Positions 9,457-19,598 of a stretch of DNA of 47,776 bases are shown piece after piece. Under the pieces are notes generated by a model. It saw only the letters and a program-made list of their open reading frames with translations. It had not been told where the DNA came from and did no database searches. The position numbers were made by a program, and so were the translations under genes. Position 1 is the stretch's first letter. Each line of letters begins with the position of its first letter. Source of the stretch: an uncultured Enterobacteriaceae bacterium. GTDB taxonomy: Bacteria; Desulfobacterota; Binatia; UBA12015. The stretch lies in the NCBI GenBank assembly GCA_964529315.1, contig CAZGUU010000003.1:1-47776 (forward strand), read 5' to 3'.

Positions 9457-10282
9457 TCACGCCCCACCGCCGGGGTCGCTCATCCCGACGGCGCCGGTGG
9501 TCAGAGAGGCGGCCTCGCGCGACAGCAGCGCGAACTCTTCGAGCGACAGCGTCTCGGCGCGACGTCCCCCGGCCACACCCGTGACCTCGAGCAGGCGCTC
9601 GGCCCGCTCTCGCCCGAAGGTCGCGGCCAGCGCGTTGCGCAGCGTCTTGCGTCGCTGGGCGAACGCGGCGCGGACCACCCGGCGAAAGCGCGCCTCGTCG
9701 CCGACGTCGACGCGGGTTCGCGGCGTCGCATCGATCCGCACCACGGCCGAATCCACCCGGGGCGCGGGGCGAAAGGCCGAGGGCGGGACGTGCAGCACGA
9801 CGCTCGCGACCGCGCGCAACGCGACCAGGACGCTCAGGGCGCCGTAGGTCCGCGAGCCGGGCACAGCCGTCACGCGCTCGGCGACCTCGCGCTGCAGCAT
9901 GACGACCAGGCGCGGGAAGCTCTCCGGATGCTCGAGCAGGCGGGTGACGATTGCGGTCCCGGTCGAGTACGGCAGGTTGGCGACGACCGCCAGGGGGCCC
10001 GCAGGCAGGCGCCCGAGGTCGAGGCGCAGGAAGTCTCCCTCGACGACGGTGAGCTCAGGGCGGCCCTGGGAGCGCAGCCGCTCGGCGAGGTCGTGGTCGA
10101 GCTCGACGGCGACGACCCGGTGCCCGCTCGCGAGCAGGACGTCGGTCAGGGCGCCTCGGCCCGGCCCGATCTCCAGCACCGTCGATCCGCCGGTGAGCCC
10201 TGCGGCCGCGACCGTGCGCGCGGCGACCGACGGATCGATCAGAAAGTGCTGGCCTAAGGCGTGGCGGCGCCGGGCGAGCGCT

Positions 10283-10290
<8 letters not shown>
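9457..10290 (-). CDS. rsmA: 16S rRNA (adenine1518/1519-N6)-dimethyltransferase
   Basis: ORF 9457..10341(-) trimmed to ATG 10290 (MPEALARRRHALGQHFLIDP). SAM motif VLEIGPGRGALT and the NLPY motif (VVANLPYSTG) are present. It overlaps the tsaD stop by 8 nt. Confidence 0.9.
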
Positions 10291-11295
<1,005 letters not shown>

Positions 11296-11299
<4 letters not shown>

Positions 11300-12000
11300 G
11301 GTGCGGCCAGGCGGCGCAGGGCGTCGCGCGCCGTCTGGTTCGCCGAGGAGATCGCGATCGCCCGACGATACGAGGCCAACGCCCCCTGGGTGTCGCCCGC
11401 GGCCTCCTGGGCCGCGCCGGTGGCCGCCACGATCTCGGCCTGCCAGGCCGGATCGGAGGCGAGCTTGCCGGCTCTCTCCAGGTCGCTGCGCGCCGGGCCG
11501 GTCGCGCCTTCCGCGAGATGCGCGCGCGCACGCAGGACGTAGAGCGGCGCGCTCTGAGGCGCGAGGCGAATCGCCTCGTCGAGCAGCTCGATCGCCTGCT
11601 CGGTCGTCCCCGAGGCGAGCTCCTGGCGAGCCTTGTCGCCGTTCTGCAGGGCACGTGCCGTGGCGCTGGGGGTTCGCTCGTCGACCAGGCGCGCCAACGG
11701 CTCGCGTGTCGAGTCGCGCAGTGGGGCGGCCGTGGGGGCGGGGAACGCCGTCGCCACGGGTGAGCTCGACAGCGTGGCCGATACCCTCGGCGTGGGCCGC
11801 GGGGTCGGGGTGAGCGCCGGCAGGGGCGCCCCCCGCCGGGCGCGCGGCGTGGCGCGCGGGGTCGCCGTCGGCGTCGGCTTCGCCTCGGTCTCGCCGCCTT
11901 CAGCAGGACGCCGCAGGCGCAGACCACAGGCGCCCAGCGTCGCGGCGACGCAGGCCAAGGCCAGCGCTACCCAGGGGATACGGCGAGAACGGCTGGTCAT
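11296..12000 (-). CDS. TPR-repeat lipoprotein (hypothetical)
   Basis: ORF 11296..12201(-) trimmed to ATG 12000, which has GGAGGAG 5 nt upstream. MTSRSRRIPWVALALACVAATLGAC carries a lipobox. A Pro/Thr/Ala-rich linker follows, then TPR-like helices (AIELLDEAIRLAPQSAPLYVLRARAHLAEG...ALASYRRAIAI). Confidence 0.6.
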
Positions 12001-12013
12001 GCGCTCCTCCACT

Positions 12014-14404
12014 TCATTCATCGCCGACCCGAGGATCGTCGGCAACCGGGGCGTGCTCCGCCGGATCCTGTGCGGGCTCGAGCGCCTCGTCCGCGGGTTG
12101 CCCGGGCACCTGCGCGTCGCGCTCCGCGTCGGGCCGATCGGTATCGAGGAACGCTTCGCGGAATTCGTCCTCGCCTGCGTCCGTGGCCGGCAGCCATTCA
12201 TCCACTGGCCGACCCGATTCCCGATCGATGAGCACCAGGGTCACTCCGGGCGGTGTCGGAAAGTCGCGGGGCGGGTCCGCGGCCGTCGCCCCGCCCATGA
12301 AGTCGGTCCAGATGGGCAGCGCCGCGCGCGCTCCGGTGAGCCCGAGCTCGGCTCGCTGATCGAAGCCCACCCAGACCGCCGTCACGAGGTCCGGCGTGAA
12401 GCCCACGAACCATGCGTCCCTGTAGTCGTTGCTCGTCCCGGTCTTGCCGGCCGCCGGGCGGGTGAAGCCCGCGGCACGGGCCGCTCGCGCCGTGCCGCGA
12501 TCGAGGACTCCCTCGAGCAGGTGGGTGAGCACGTAGGCCTCCGCAGCCGGGAGGACCGGTCGCAGCGAGGGCATCTCCCCCGACACCAGCTGGCCGTCGC
12601 GCGACTCCACGCGGCGCACGGCGTGCGGCTCGGCGCGGGTACCTCCGGCGGCGATCACCGCGTAGATCGAGGCGAGCTCGAGCGGCGTCGTCTCGGCCGA
12701 GCCGAGGATCACCGAGGGGAGCTCGGGCAGGGGCGTGCTCCAGCCCAGGTTGCGCGCCAGCGCGACGATCGCCGGAAGGCCCACGCCCTGCGCCACCCGA
12801 GCCGTGGCTGCGTTGAGCGACCGCTCGAGGGCGGTTCGGACCGTGACCGGACCGAAGTAGTGGCCGCCGTCGTTCTCGGGCATCCATGTGCGCTCGTCGT
12901 CGTAGAGCCAGGCAAACGGCGAGTCGTCGACCAGCGTCGTCGGCGTGACGTGCGCCGGACCGGTCGCGAGCAGGGCCGCCAGGTAGACGATCGGCTTGAA
13001 CGCCGATCCCGGCTGCCTTCGCGCGTGCGTGGCACGGCCGAACTGGCTGGTCTGGTAGCTCCGTCCTCCGACCAAGGCTCGGATCTCGCCACTGTACGGC
13101 CTCAAGGCGACGAGCGCTGCTTGAACGCGCTCCGCGACCTGCTCCCGGCGCAGCCTGGGATGGTCGTGCTCGATGCGACCGAGCCCCTCTGCCACCGCGC
13201 GGCTCGCCTGCTCCTGCAAGAGGGGATCCAGGGAGGTGAAGATCTCGAGCCCCTCGCTGGCCAGCAGCGGCGCCGGGAAGCGGCCAGCCAGCTCGGCCTT
13301 CACCAGATCGACGAAGTACGACGCCTCGCTCGGCTCCCCGATGGCCGGCAGAACGCCGAGCGGGCTCTGCTTGGCCTCTCGGTACCCCGCCCCGTCGATC
13401 TCGCCCGCCTCGAGGAGGAGGCGCAGCACCGTGTTGCGCCGCTCGAGAGCCCGCTCGGGCGACTGGAACGGCGAATACGCGTTGGGCGCACGGATCAGGC
13501 CGGCGAGCAGCGCGACCTCGTGCAGGCGCAGATCGCGCGGGTCCTTGCCGAAGTAGAAGCGCGCCGCCTCGGCGACGCCGAAGATGCCCCGCGCCCCGCG
13601 CTGGCCGAGATAGATCTCGTTCAGGTAGTTCTCGAGGATCTGCATCTTCGAGTAGCGGCGCTCGGCCACCAGCGCCATCGCCACCTCGCGCAGCTTGCGC
13701 GCCAGGGTCCGGTCGTTGCTCAAGAAGAAGTTCTTCATGAGCTGCTGGGTCAGCGTGCTGCCGCCCTGGCGAACGCTGCCCGAGCGCAGATTCGCCAGAG
13801 CCGCCCGTCCCACGCCGATCAGGTCGACGCCGTTGTGACGGAAGAAGCGGCTGTCCTCCGTGACCAGAATCGCCCGGACCAGGGCCGGTGCGACGTCGAC
13901 CACCCGCACCGCACGGCGCTCTTGCCACTCGCCCGCGTAGATCCCGGTGATCTCCTCGGGCTCGAGCGCGAACAGGGGCAGCGCCTCGCCGGTGTCGAGA
14001 TCCGCGATGCCGGCCACTCTGCCGGCGTCCAGGGCGATGCGCACCCGCTGCGTGCGATCGCGACCCTGCGCGCCGGGGCGCAGGGCGATCTCCGCCGCAC
14101 TCGCTCCCCAGCGCACCTCGCCCCCCACCGCGGGGGCGTGCTCCACCTCGCGGTAAGAAAGACGTTCGAGCCGACGGCGCAGACCGCTGGCGGCGACGTC
14201 GAGACCGAGATGGACGAGGAACTCGTCGCCGTAGATGCGCGACGGGAAGTCCCAACGACGGCCGGAGAACTTCTCGTCCACCACGTCGGCCAAGCGGCGG
14301 GCTTCGAAGGCGGCGAGCACGCCGCCGACCAGCGCCAGCGGGACCAGCGCCATCGCCGCCAGCAGGGACAGGGAGCGAGCACGCCGCCCGGTCGGGAGGA
14401 GCAC
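12014..14404 (-). CDS. class A penicillin-binding protein (glycosyltransferase GT51 + transpeptidase; PBP1B-like N-terminal insert)
   Basis: ORF 12014..14404(-), 796 aa, GTG start. TM helix SLSLLAAMALVPLALVGGVLAAF. GT51 motifs EDSRFFRHNGVD and GGSTLTQQL. Transpeptidase motifs SAFKPIVY (SxxK), SLN and KTGTS. Confidence 0.9.
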   Translation of the reverse strand: MLLPTGRRARSLSLLAAMALVPLALVGGVLAAFEARRLADVVDEKFSGRRWDFPSRIYGDEFLVHLGLDVAASGLRRRLERLSYREVEHAPAVGGEVRWGASAAEIALRPGAQGRDRTQRVRIALDAGRVAGIADLDTGEALPLFALEPEEITGIYAGEWQERRAVRVVDVAPALVRAILVTEDSRFFRHNGVDLIGVGRAALANLRSGSVRQGGSTLTQQLMKNFFLSNDRTLARKLREVAMALVAERRYSKMQILENYLNEIYLGQRGARGIFGVAEAARFYFGKDPRDLRLHEVALLAGLIRAPNAYSPFQSPERALERRNTVLRLLLEAGEIDGAGYREAKQSPLGVLPAIGEPSEASYFVDLVKAELAGRFPAPLLASEGLEIFTSLDPLLQEQASRAVAEGLGRIEHDHPRLRREQVAERVQAALVALRPYSGEIRALVGGRSYQTSQFGRATHARRQPGSAFKPIVYLAALLATGPAHVTPTTLVDDSPFAWLYDDERTWMPENDGGHYFGPVTVRTALERSLNAATARVAQGVGLPAIVALARNLGWSTPLPELPSVILGSAETTPLELASIYAVIAAGGTRAEPHAVRRVESRDGQLVSGEMPSLRPVLPAAEAYVLTHLLEGVLDRGTARAARAAGFTRPAAGKTGTSNDYRDAWFVGFTPDLVTAVWVGFDQRAELGLTGARAALPIWTDFMGGATAADPPRDFPTPPGVTLVLIDRESGRPVDEWLPATDAGEDEFREAFLDTDRPDAERDAQVPGQPADEALEPAQDPAEHAPVADDPRVGDE

Positions 14405-14425
14405 GGGAGCCGGGCGGCGCGCCGA

Positions 14426-16030
14426 TCAGTCCTTCGCGGCCGGCGGAGGCTTGAGCGCCAGGAAGACGGTGTTCTCGCCGCGCCGCACGAGCAGCAGCAC
14501 GCTCTTGCCCGACTCGGTTTCCTTGAGCAATCGCGAGTAGCCCTCGACGTCGGCCACCGGCTGCCGGTTCACCTCGATGATGACGTCGCCGCGCCGCAGC
14601 CCGGCCTCCTCGGCCGGGCTTTCCGACTCGACGCCGGCGACCAGCACGCCCTTGACGTCCGCGGGAATGCCCAACGACTCCGCGATCTCGGGCGTGAGCG
14701 TCTGCACGGCGAGGCCGTAAGCTTCCGACTCCTGGGCGCTCCCCTCGGCCTCCTCGTCCTTCATCTCGGCGATCTTCACGCTCACCGTCTTCTTCTCGCC
14801 GTCGCGCAGGATCTCGACGTCGACGGTGCGCCCGATCGGCGTTCGAGCCACGAGCAGCGGCAGCTCGGTGGACTCCTTGACCGCGTGCCCGTCGAAGCTG
14901 GTGATCACGTCGCCGGTCTTGAGTCCGGCCTCGGCGGCCGGGCCACCCTTGACCACGTCCGCGACCAGCGCGCCCTTCGCCACGGGGATGCCGAGAGACT
15001 CGGCGATGTCCGGCGTCACCTTCTGGATCATCACGCCGAGCCAGCCGCGCGTCACATGCCCCTTGGCCCGGAGGTCGGGAATCAGGTCGCGGGCGAGGTT
15101 GATCGGGATGGCGAAGCCGATGCCGATGTTCCCGCCGCTGCGGCTGAAGATCGAGGTGTTGATCCCGACCACCTTGCCGTTCATGTCGATCAGCGGCCCG
15201 CCGGAGTTGCCGGGGTTGATCGGCGCGTCGGTCTGGATGAAGTCGTCGTAGTTGCCCTGTCCGATGAAGCGCCCCTTCGCGCTCACGATTCCCGCCGTGA
15301 CGGAGGACTCGAGGCCGAAGGGGTTGCCGATCGCCATCACCCACTCGCCGACCTTGAGCGCCTCGGAGTCGCCGAGCGTGACCGCGGGCAGCGGCTTCTT
15401 CGCATCCACCTTGAGCACGGCGACGTCGGTCTTCGGGTCGCGCCCGACGAGCTGCGCCTTGACCTCCTCGCCGGAGTGCATCTTGACGGTGATCTCGTCG
15501 GCGTTCTCGACGACGTGGTTGTTGGTCAGGATGTAACCCTCGGGGTCGAAGACGAATCCCGAGCCGAGGCTCTTCTGCGGGGTCCGCCGCCGCGGCGTCG
15601 GTCCATCGAAGAAGCGCTCGAAGGGACCGAAGAACTCTCGAGGATCCTGCTCGCCCTGCCCTCCCTCCGGAGGCATCGGCATCGGCCCGCGCGGCCCGTG
15701 GAAGCGGCGCCCGCCGCGGTCTCCCCGCTGCCCGCCATCGCCTGCGCCGCCCGGCTTGCTCGAGGTGGAGATGTTGACCACGGTGTCCTGCAGCTGCGCC
15801 GCCAGCGAGGTGAAGTCGGGCAGCCCGCATTGGCCGCAGGCGCCGGTCCCGCCGAGCGCAACCGGGCTCACCTCGGCGGGGCTTGCCGAGGCCACGCCCC
15901 GCGGCGCCTGGTGCCCGGAGGGGCTGGACGTCGCGGTCGGAGCGGGGCTCTCTCCACGGTGGCGCACGGCGACCACGCCGACCGCGAAGCCGACCACCAG
16001 CAGAACGATCACCTTCATCACGCTGCGCAT
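14426..16030 (-). CDS. degP: periplasmic serine endoprotease, HtrA/DegP (Do) family, two PDZ domains
   Basis: ORF 14426..16279(-) trimmed to ATG 16030 (MRSVMKVIVLLVVGFAVGVVA signal). Catalytic triad context TNNHVV / DVAVLKV / GNSGGPL. Two PDZ-like segments (GALVADVVKGGPAAEAGLKTGDVI and GVLVAGVESESPAEEAGLRRGDVI). Confidence 0.9.
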   Translation of the reverse strand: MRSVMKVIVLLVVGFAVGVVAVRHRGESPAPTATSSPSGHQAPRGVASASPAEVSPVALGGTGACGQCGLPDFTSLAAQLQDTVVNISTSSKPGGAGDGGQRGDRGGRRFHGPRGPMPMPPEGGQGEQDPREFFGPFERFFDGPTPRRRTPQKSLGSGFVFDPEGYILTNNHVVENADEITVKMHSGEEVKAQLVGRDPKTDVAVLKVDAKKPLPAVTLGDSEALKVGEWVMAIGNPFGLESSVTAGIVSAKGRFIGQGNYDDFIQTDAPINPGNSGGPLIDMNGKVVGINTSIFSRSGGNIGIGFAIPINLARDLIPDLRAKGHVTRGWLGVMIQKVTPDIAESLGIPVAKGALVADVVKGGPAAEAGLKTGDVITSFDGHAVKESTELPLLVARTPIGRTVDVEILRDGEKKTVSVKIAEMKDEEAEGSAQESEAYGLAVQTLTPEIAESLGIPADVKGVLVAGVESESPAEEAGLRRGDVIIEVNRQPVADVEGYSRLLKETESGKSVLLLVRRGENTVFLALKPPPAAKD

Positions 16031-16202
16031 GGGATTCTGACCTCGACTCCTGCTCTCGGCTCTTCTCGCGGCGTACGGCCCGAGGATGCCCCTTCGCTCC
16101 ACCACCGGCCGGCGGCACCGATGGCCCGGCCGGCGGCTCGATCTGCCGCCGCACCGGCGTCGGCGGGCGCGGCGCTCGGTCGGCAGTGCTTCTGGAGGTG
16201 CA

Positions 16203-16748
16203 CTAGCGCCTAGCGATCTCGACGAAGCGCATGCGCAGGTCGTAGAGCACGCGCTCGAGGAGCCCCGCCTCGGCGCCATCCAGATTGCCCCGGGTCTTCT
16301 CCTCCAGCACGCCGAGCAGATCGATGATGCTGCGCGCTGCCTGGAGATCCCGAGCCGGCTCGCCCGTGGTCAGGTCGGGGATCTCCCCGAGGTGCATCAG
16401 CGCCTGCGTGCTCAGGCTCAGGAACAGCGTGCTGATCGTGACCTCGGCAACCGCCCCGCGACCCTGCGCCTCGGCGTCGGACATGACGAACTCGCCGCCC
16501 TGCGGGCCAGCGTAGGGTGGCGAGGGGTCGCCCGGAGGTCGCACGCGCTCTCCGGCGGGATCTCGCGCGCCCTCGGCGCTCGCAGCCGCCTGGGCCGCCG
16601 GGCCCGGCTCGTCCTCGCCCGAGGTCCGCTCGCTGCCGTCCGGCGCGATGCGCCGGCGGTCGATCACGCGAAACGCCTTGCCGGCCTCGCCTTCGCCTTC
16701 CTGCCCACCCGAGGACGGGTCGGCCCTTCTGCTTTCTGCCTCGCTCAT
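16203..16748 (-). CDS. DUF1844-like protein (hypothetical)
   Basis: ORF 16203..16748(-), 181 aa. Acidic, disordered N-half. The C-terminal block FLSLSTQALMHLGEIPD...ARSIIDLLGVLEEKTRGNLDGAEAGLLERVLYDLRMRFVE matches my memory of the DUF1844 pattern. The family call is from memory and is not verified. Confidence 0.55.
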   Translation of the reverse strand: MSEAESRRADPSSGGQEGEGEAGKAFRVIDRRRIAPDGSERTSGEDEPGPAAQAAASAEGARDPAGERVRPPGDPSPPYAGPQGGEFVMSDAEAQGRGAVAEVTISTLFLSLSTQALMHLGEIPDLTTGEPARDLQAARSIIDLLGVLEEKTRGNLDGAEAGLLERVLYDLRMRFVEIARR

Positions 16749-16788
16749 GGCTTCCCTGGCCTGCAGCCGCCCCGATCGGTGGGCGCCA

Positions 16789-17661
16789 TCAACGGGAGCC
16801 CTGCCCCGCGAGCCCGGCCATGGCCCGAAGGCGACGAATGCGCTCGTCGATCGGCGGATGGGTGCTGAAGAGCCGGGCGACGCCGGCGCCGGAGAGCGGG
16901 TTCACGATGAACAGATGCGCAGTCGCCGGGCTCGCGTCCAGCGGTGCGCGGGCGCTCGCCCGCTCGAGCTTCTCCAGAGCAGCGGCGAGCGCCAAGGGGT
17001 TGCCGACGTAGCGCGCCCCCGCCTCGTCGGCGGCGTACTCGCGGCCGCGCGAGATGGCCAGCTGGATGAGGGTGGCCGCCAGGGGCGCGACGAGCATCGC
17101 GACGAGCAGCTCGATCGGGCTTCCCCTCTCCTCGCGCTCCTCTCGCTGCATGCCGCCGAACAGCATCGCCCAGCGCGCCATGGACGCCAGCATCATCACC
17201 GCGCCGGCGAGCGTCGCGGCGATGGTCGACGTGAGGATGTCGCGGTGCTTGACGTGCGCCAGCTCGTGGGCGAGCACGCCCTCGAGCTCCTGCTCCGAGA
17301 GAGCCCGCAGGATGCCCTCGGTCACGGCCACGGCGGCGTGGCTCGGGTTTCGGCCGGTGGCAAAGGCGTTGAGCGCTCCGCTCGGGATGACGTAGAGCGC
17401 CGGGGTCACCGGGAGGCCGGCCTTGATGCGCAGGTTGTTGGCGATGCGGTGCAGAGCCGGAATCTCGCCCGGGCCGACGGGCTTGGCCCCGTACGCCGCC
17501 AGGACGATCTTGTCCGAGAACCAGTAGCTCCCGATGTTGGTCGCCGCGGCGACGACGAAGGCGATCAGCATGCCCTGCTGGCCGCCGAGCGCCCCGCCGG
17601 CCCACACGATCAGGCCGGTCAAGGCGGCCAGCAGAGCCGTGGTGCGAAGCGTTCCTGCCAT
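16789..17661 (-). CDS. htpX: zinc metalloprotease HtpX (M48 family)
   Basis: ORF 16789..17661(-), 290 aa. N-terminal TM helices, the HELAHVKHRD (HExxH) motif and a downstream EYAADE glutamate motif. Confidence 0.9.
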   Translation of the reverse strand: MAGTLRTTALLAALTGLIVWAGGALGGQQGMLIAFVVAAATNIGSYWFSDKIVLAAYGAKPVGPGEIPALHRIANNLRIKAGLPVTPALYVIPSGALNAFATGRNPSHAAVAVTEGILRALSEQELEGVLAHELAHVKHRDILTSTIAATLAGAVMMLASMARWAMLFGGMQREEREERGSPIELLVAMLVAPLAATLIQLAISRGREYAADEAGARYVGNPLALAAALEKLERASARAPLDASPATAHLFIVNPLSGAGVARLFSTHPPIDERIRRLRAMAGLAGQGSR

Positions 17662-17666
17662 GTGCT

Positions 17667-17689
17667 CCAGGGGTAGTGCCGCCCCCTGG
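17667..17689 (-). promoter_or_regulatory. GC-rich hairpin overlapping the htpX ribosome-binding site, also downstream of the GT9 gene stop
   Basis: CCAGGGG (17667-17673) pairs with CCCCTGG (17683-17689) around a 9-nt loop. On the minus-strand RNA the 3' arm runs into GGAGCAC-AUG of htpX. Confidence 0.35.
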
Positions 17690-17694
17690 GGATG

Positions 17695-18618
17695 TCAAGG
17701 CAACATCGCCGCAAGGCGCGCCCACGCGAGATCCGCGAGGCGCGCCGCAGGTGCGCCGTCGGCCGTCACGCGCAGCATGGCGAGCCGCGGCGAGCGCGGG
17801 CCGAAGTGCTCCGGATCGGTCGTCGTGTAGATCACCAACCCGCGAACCCCCAGTGCCGCGGCGACGTGCGCCGGCCCCGAATCGCTCGCGACGAAGGCGT
17901 CTGCGATGGCGAGGCTGCCCGCCAAGGCCATGACATCCGGCGGACGGACGGTCTCGTCGCCAAGGCCTCGCCCGAGATCGTCGAGACCTGATTCCGCTGG
18001 CCCGAGCAGCACGAGCACCCGTCCGCCGCTTGCCCGCCAACGGCGGCACAGCGCCTCGAGCAGCCATCCCGGGACACGCTTGCGCAGCGAGCTCGCGCCG
18101 GGATGCACGACCAGAAGGCGGCCGCCCGGGTTGGCCGTCCCTCCCGGAGGCGCCGCCGGAGGGGTCAGGCGAGGCGCGGGCGCCTGCCGCCCGCGCTCAC
18201 CCGTGGCAAAGCCGAGGAAGTGATCGCTGGCGTGCACGCCGGTTGCGTGCCGGGGAAACGGCGCCACCACCGCCCGGCCAGTCGCCGCCAAGCGCACCTC
18301 GACCTCGGCCACACCCGCGCCGGTGAAGCTCACGATGCGCGCGAAGCGATCGAGCCAGCCGCCGCCCCCGGTTGGCTCGCTCGGCTCCAAGGGTGCGAAG
18401 AGGCGCGCCACCTCGGGCGCGTCGAGCGAGCGGACCTCCGGCCGATCGGGAAACAGCCGCGCGACCTGCGCGCCGGCGCCGCGCGCATAGAGTGTGACCG
18501 GCCCCCGGCGCGCCAGCTCGGCGACCGTCGGCTCCAGGCACACGGCGTCGCCCAGAGCCCCGGGAAACAGCAGCAGGGTCTCTGCCGCTCGGGTCATCGA
18601 GACGTCGCCCTCGGCCAT
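17695..18618 (-). CDS. glycosyltransferase family 9 (heptosyltransferase-like)
   Basis: ORF 17695..18618(-), 307 aa. LLFPGALGDAVCLEP N-terminal motif, and a C-terminal FVASDSGPAHVAAALGVRGLVIY motif typical of GT9. Confidence 0.7.
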   Translation of the reverse strand: MAEGDVSMTRAAETLLLFPGALGDAVCLEPTVAELARRGPVTLYARGAGAQVARLFPDRPEVRSLDAPEVARLFAPLEPSEPTGGGGWLDRFARIVSFTGAGVAEVEVRLAATGRAVVAPFPRHATGVHASDHFLGFATGERGRQAPAPRLTPPAAPPGGTANPGGRLLVVHPGASSLRKRVPGWLLEALCRRWRASGGRVLVLLGPAESGLDDLGRGLGDETVRPPDVMALAGSLAIADAFVASDSGPAHVAAALGVRGLVIYTTTDPEHFGPRSPRLAMLRVTADGAPAARLADLAWARLAAMLP

Positions 18619-18659
18619 CGTGCCTTCAAACCAAGCCCGAGGTCGGCTAGCATCGCTCC

Positions 18660-19598
18660 ATGCCCGTGCCCAACCTGGTCGCCGAGTCGCCTCTCGAGCT
18701 GATCGGCAGCACGCCCGTGGTCCGCCTGGCGCGCAGCGCCGAGCCCGGGGCCGCCGAGATCTGGGCGAAGCTCGAGCTCGCCAATCCGGGCGGCAGCGTC
18801 AAGGACCGGATTTGCCTGGGAATGATCGAGGATGCCGAGCGCGCGGGCCGGCTCCAGCCCGGTGACGTGATCGTCGAGCCGACCAGCGGGAACACCGGCA
18901 TCGGGCTCGCCCTGGTCTGTGCGATCAAGGGCTATCGCCTGATCCTGACGATGCCCGACACGATGAGCGAGGAGCGCCGCAGCCTGCTCACCGCGTACGG
19001 CGCGGAGCTCGAGCTGACCCCCGACACGCGCGGCATGCACGGCGCGATCGCACGCGCCGAGGAGATCGCCCGCAGCGAGCCGCGAGCCTTCATGCCACAG
19101 CAGTTTCGCAATCCCGCCAACCCCGAGGCGCATCGCCAAGCAACGGCTCGAGAGATCCTCGAGCAGATGGGGCAGCTCGACGCCTTCGTCGCCGGGATCG
19201 GCACCGGAGGCACGATCACCGGGGTCGGCGAGGTGCTGCACCGCGAGCGGCCGGGCTGCCTGGTGGTGGCGGTCGAGCCGGCCCGCTCGCCCGTGCTCTC
19301 GGGTGGCGAGCCCGGCTACCACAGGATCCAGGGGATCGGAGCCGGCTTCGTGCCCGAGATCCTCGCTGTGGATGCCTACGACCGAGTGATCGCGGTCTCC
19401 GACGAAGACGCGGCCTTCGAGGCGCGCCGCCTGGCCTCCGAGGAGGGTCTGCTCGTCGGAATCTCTTCGGGCGCCAACTCCTGGGCGGCCCGACAGGTCG
19501 CCTGGGAGCTGGGCACGGGCAAGGTCGTTCTGACAGTCTTCTGCGACACCGGTGAGCGCTACCTCACCACGGACCTATTCCGCGCCGCGGGGATCTGA
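18660..19598 (+). CDS. cysK: cysteine synthase A (O-acetylserine sulfhydrylase)
   Basis: ORF 18660..19598(+), 312 aa. IGSTPVVRL, NPGGSVKDR (PLP lysine) and GTGGTITG loop are present. Confidence 0.9.
   Translation: MPVPNLVAESPLELIGSTPVVRLARSAEPGAAEIWAKLELANPGGSVKDRICLGMIEDAERAGRLQPGDVIVEPTSGNTGIGLALVCAIKGYRLILTMPDTMSEERRSLLTAYGAELELTPDTRGMHGAIARAEEIARSEPRAFMPQQFRNPANPEAHRQATAREILEQMGQLDAFVAGIGTGGTITGVGEVLHRERPGCLVVAVEPARSPVLSGGEPGYHRIQGIGAGFVPEILAVDAYDRVIAVSDEDAAFEARRLASEEGLLVGISSGANSWAARQVAWELGTGKVVLTVFCDTGERYLTTDLFRAAGI

Noticed and set aside
11633-16213. Very long ORFs such as 11633..16213(+) at 1526 aa and 12198..16154(-) at 1318 aa. Others of the same kind are 25160..27736(-), 28755..31880(+), 3..2087(+), 5811..7484(-), 5854..8637(+ upstream part), 10254..11927(-) and 27764..29311(-).
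   Set aside because: These are shadow frames typical of ~70% GC DNA. They are Arg/Ala/Pro/Gly-rich and carry no recognisable motifs. Each overlaps, on the opposite strand or in another frame, a gene with clear family signatures (PBP1, HtrA, GroEL, acylase, HemA, ABC components).
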